The notes under the pieces are model-generated. The model searched no databases, was not told where the DNA came from, and saw only the letters and a list, made by a program, of their open reading frames with translations. DNA of 64,000 bases, from the NCBI GenBank assembly GCA_038087875.1, contig CM075986.1, positions 33,108,001 through 33,172,000 on the forward strand, in the 5' to 3' direction. This stretch comes from Malacoraja senta (lineage: Eukaryota). Below, one piece after another: positions 60,812 to 64,000 of the stretch; within the stretch, counting starts at the first letter, position 1, and the number at the start of each line of letters is the position of its first letter. The position numbers and the translations under genes were made by a program.

Positions 60812-63800
60812 ACCCAGAGTTAACGTGAAAGAAAGCTCACAAAGGGATAGGAGAGAATAGCCAAGTGTAGTAGGGATCAATGTGAATGGTGAGATGCGTA
60901 AGGAATTAAAAGTACTGTATTTGAATGCGCGAAGTATAAGAAGTATAGTAGATGAGCTTGAGGCTCAGATAGAGGTTGGTAGATATGACATTGTGGGGAT
61001 TACCAAGACGTGGCTGCAGGAGGATCGGGTCTGGGAACTTAATATTCAGGGTTATACATCCTATAGAAAGGACAGGCAAGCGGGCAGAGGAGGGGGGGTA
61101 GCTCTTCTAGTGAGGGATGGAATTCCGTCCCTTGCGAGGGAAGACATAGGGACTGACGAGGTAGAGTCACTGTGGATTGATTTGAGGAATTGCAAAGGCA
61201 AGAAGACACTAATTGGTGTTATCTACAGACCCCCAAATAGTAGCCCGGATGTAGGGTGTAAGTTGCAGCAGGAGTTAAAACTGGCATGTAACAAAGGTAA
61301 TGCCACTGTGGTGATGGGGGATTTCAATATGCAGGTATTCTGGGAAAATCAGGTTGGTTCAGGACCCCAAGAAAGAGAGTTTGTAGAATGCCTCCGAGAT
61401 GGATTCTTAGAGCAGCTTGTAATGGAGCCGACCAGAGGAAAGGCAATTCTGGATTTAGTGTTGTCCAATGAACCAGATATGATAAGAGAACTCGAGGTAA
61501 AGGAACTGCTTGGAGGTAGTGATCATAATATGATTAGTTTTAATCTGCAATTTGAGAAGGAGAAGGTTAAATCGGAAGTGGCAGTGATGCAGCTGAACAA
61601 AGGGGATTATGAAGGCATGAGAGAGGAGCTGGCCAAGGTAGACTGGAAAGGGATCCTAGCAGGAATGACGGTGGAACAGCAATGGCAGGAATTTCTGGGC
61701 GTAAGACATTGGATCATTTCATTCCATAAAGGAAGAAAGATTCTAAGGGGAGTAGGAGGCAACCGTGTCTGACGAGAAGTTAGGGATAGAATTAAACTAA
61801 AAGAAAAGATGTATAACACAGCAAAGAGTACCCGGAAGCCAGAGGATTGGGAAACCTTCATAGAACAACAGAAGGAAACAAACGGGCAATACGGGCTGAA
61901 AAGATGAAGTACAAAGGGAAGCTGGCCAGGAATATAAAGAAGGACAGTAAAAGCTTCTTTAGATATGTTAAGGGAAAAAGAGTAGCAAAGTCAAATGTGG
62001 GTCCCTTGAAGGCAGACACGGGTGAAATTATTATGGCGAACAAGGAAATGGCAGTAGAGTTGAACAGGTAATTCGGATCTGTCTTCACTAAGGAAGACAC
62101 AAACAATCTCCCAGAAGTACTGGAGTACAGAGGATCTAAAGGCTCTGTCCCACGGGCAGGCGGTTACTGGCGGTGAAGCGCGGCGTCCCTGGAAGTGGGG
62201 ACCGCGCGGCTACCGTGGGAGCGCTGCGCGTATGCCGCGGGAGCGCCGCGCGGATGCGTCCCACGAGCATGCGGTAAGTTCAACCTTACCGGAAGCTGTT
62301 GCCGCGCGTATGCCGGGTGGTCACCGCACGGCCTGTCCCACGGGCCGACTGGAATGGACGTCGCGCGGCGTAGGGTGATGACGTCATCGCGCAACGCAAC
62401 GCGCTACGCGATGATGTCGAGACGGCTCGCGGCGTACAGGCGGTGCTCGCAGCGAAGAGGTGGCGGCTGGGCGGTAGGCCGAGATTTTTGAACAGTGTCA
62501 GCTTTTCTGAGCACCGCGCGGTGTCGGGACCAACTACATACGGTCCCGGCGGTCTGCGTGGGACCGACCCCGCGGGCTATGCGCGGTCTCTGGCGGTCCA
62601 CGGGCGGTCCCAACTTCCTGCTACACCGCCAGTAACCGCCTGCCCGTGGGACAGGCCTTTAAGGGGGTCGAGGAACTGAAAGAAATTTTCATTAGGCGAG
62701 AAATAGTATTGGGTAGGCTAATGGGACTGAAGGATGATTAGTAAGAGATTAGTATACAAGCTTAAAGCACACGGTATTGGGGGTTCAGTATTGATGTGGA
62801 TATAGAACTGGCTGGCAAACAGGATGCAAAGAGTAGGAGTAAACGGGTCCTTTTCACAATGGCAGGCAGTGACTAGTGGGACCGACCCCGCAATGGCAGG
62901 CTCAGTGCTGGGACCCCATCTATTTACAATATATATTAAAGATTTGGACGAGGGAGTTGAATGCAACATCTCCAAGTTTGCGGATGACACGAAGCTGGGG
63001 GGCAGTGTTAGCTGTGAGGAGGATGCTAGGAGACTGCAAGGTGACTTGGATAGGCTGGGTGAGTGGGCAAATGCATGGCAGATGGTATAATGTGGATGAA
63101 TGTGAGGTTATCCACTTTGGGCGCAAAAACAGGAAAGTAGATTATTATCTAAATGGTGGCCGATTAGGAAAAGGGGAGATGCAACGAGACCTGGGTGTCA
63201 TGGTACACCAGTCATTGAAAGTAGGCATGCAGGTGCAGCAGGCAGTGAAGAAAGTGAATGGTATGTTAGCATTCATAGCAAAAGGATTTGAGTATAGGAG
63301 CAGGGAGGTTCTACTGCAGTTGTACAGCGTCTTGGTGAGACCACACCTGGAATATTGCGTACAGTTTTGGTCTCTAAATCTGAGGAAAGACATTCTTGCC
63401 ATAGAGGGAGTACAGAGAAGGTTCACCAGACTGATTCCTGGGATGTCAGGACTTTCATATGAAGAAGGACTGGATAGACTCGGCTTGTATTTTATTAGTG
63501 TGCTGCAAGGACATCTGAATTTCCCCTGAATAAGGGGATTAATAAAGTCTAATTCTAATTCTAATTCTACTCGCTAGAATTTAGAAGATTGAGGGGGGAT
63601 CTTATAGAAACTTACAAAATTCTTAAGGGGTTGGACTGGCTAGATGCAGGAAGATTGTTCCCGATGTTGGGGAAGTCCAGGACAAGGGGTCACAGTTTAA
63701 GGATAAAGGGGAAATCCTTTAGGACCGAGATGAGAAAAACATTTTTCACACAGAGAGTGGTGAATCTCTGGAACTCTCTGCCACAGATGCCAGTTCATTG

Positions 63801-63975
63801 GCTATATTTAAGAGGGAGTTAGATGTGGCCCTTGTGGCTAAAGGGATCAGGGGGTATGGAGAGAAGGCAGGTACAGGATACTGAGTTGGATGATCAGCCA
63901 TGATCATATTGAATGGCGGTGCAGGCTCGGAGGGCCGAATGGCCTACTCCTGCACCTATTTTCTATGTTTCTATG
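60812..63975 (+). mobile_element. Degenerate CR1 LINE (EN, deleted RT, 3' end) interrupted by a MITE
   Basis: ORF 60882-61772 endonuclease; RT fragments 62824-63529; TTTCTATG tail at about 63960. Confidence 0.85.
62140..62659. mobile_element. GC-rich Harbinger-type MITE
   Basis: Long TIRs (CTGTCCCACGGGCAGGCGGTTACTGGCGG / CCGCCAGTAACCGCCTGCCCGTGGGACAG), TSD TAA (62137-62139 / 62660-62662), splitting the CR1 sequence. Confidence 0.85.
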
Positions 63976-64000
63976 ATAAATCCCAAGGGCCTGATGGACT

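Overview
Vertebrate (cartilaginous fish, most likely a rajid skate) genomic DNA containing one immunoglobulin heavy-chain minilocus of the IgW/IgX class on the + strand, embedded in dense transposon debris (CR1, L1, L2, Rex1-like LINEs, SINEs, Harbinger-type MITEs, Helitrons). Order read from the sequence: leader (with a 51-bp in-frame tandem duplication), V ending directly in a 12-bp-spacer RSS (apparent germline-joined VD), 23-RSS J, ~11.5 kb J-C intron (switch-like GAGCT/GGGGT minisatellite, two young L1 insertions), CH1, truncated CH2, Cys-rich short secretory exon, CH3, frameshifted CH4, CH5, CH6 with tailpiece and polyA, then a second diverged CH3'/CH4' pair downstream of the secretory polyA site, and TM1 about 15 kb further on. 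An L1 with an open ORF2 sits inside the CH1 splice acceptor (8-bp TSD), CH2 is mostly deleted, and both CH4 paralogues are frameshifted, while V, J, CH1, CH3, CH5, CH6, CH3' and TM1 remain open with phase-1 acceptors. The cluster is either a decaying pseudogene or a source of exon-skipped, possibly CH1-less, heavy chains. Isotype and taxon assignments rest on my recollection of skate IgX/shark IgW proteins, not on a database search; CH numbering is inferred from order and similarity.
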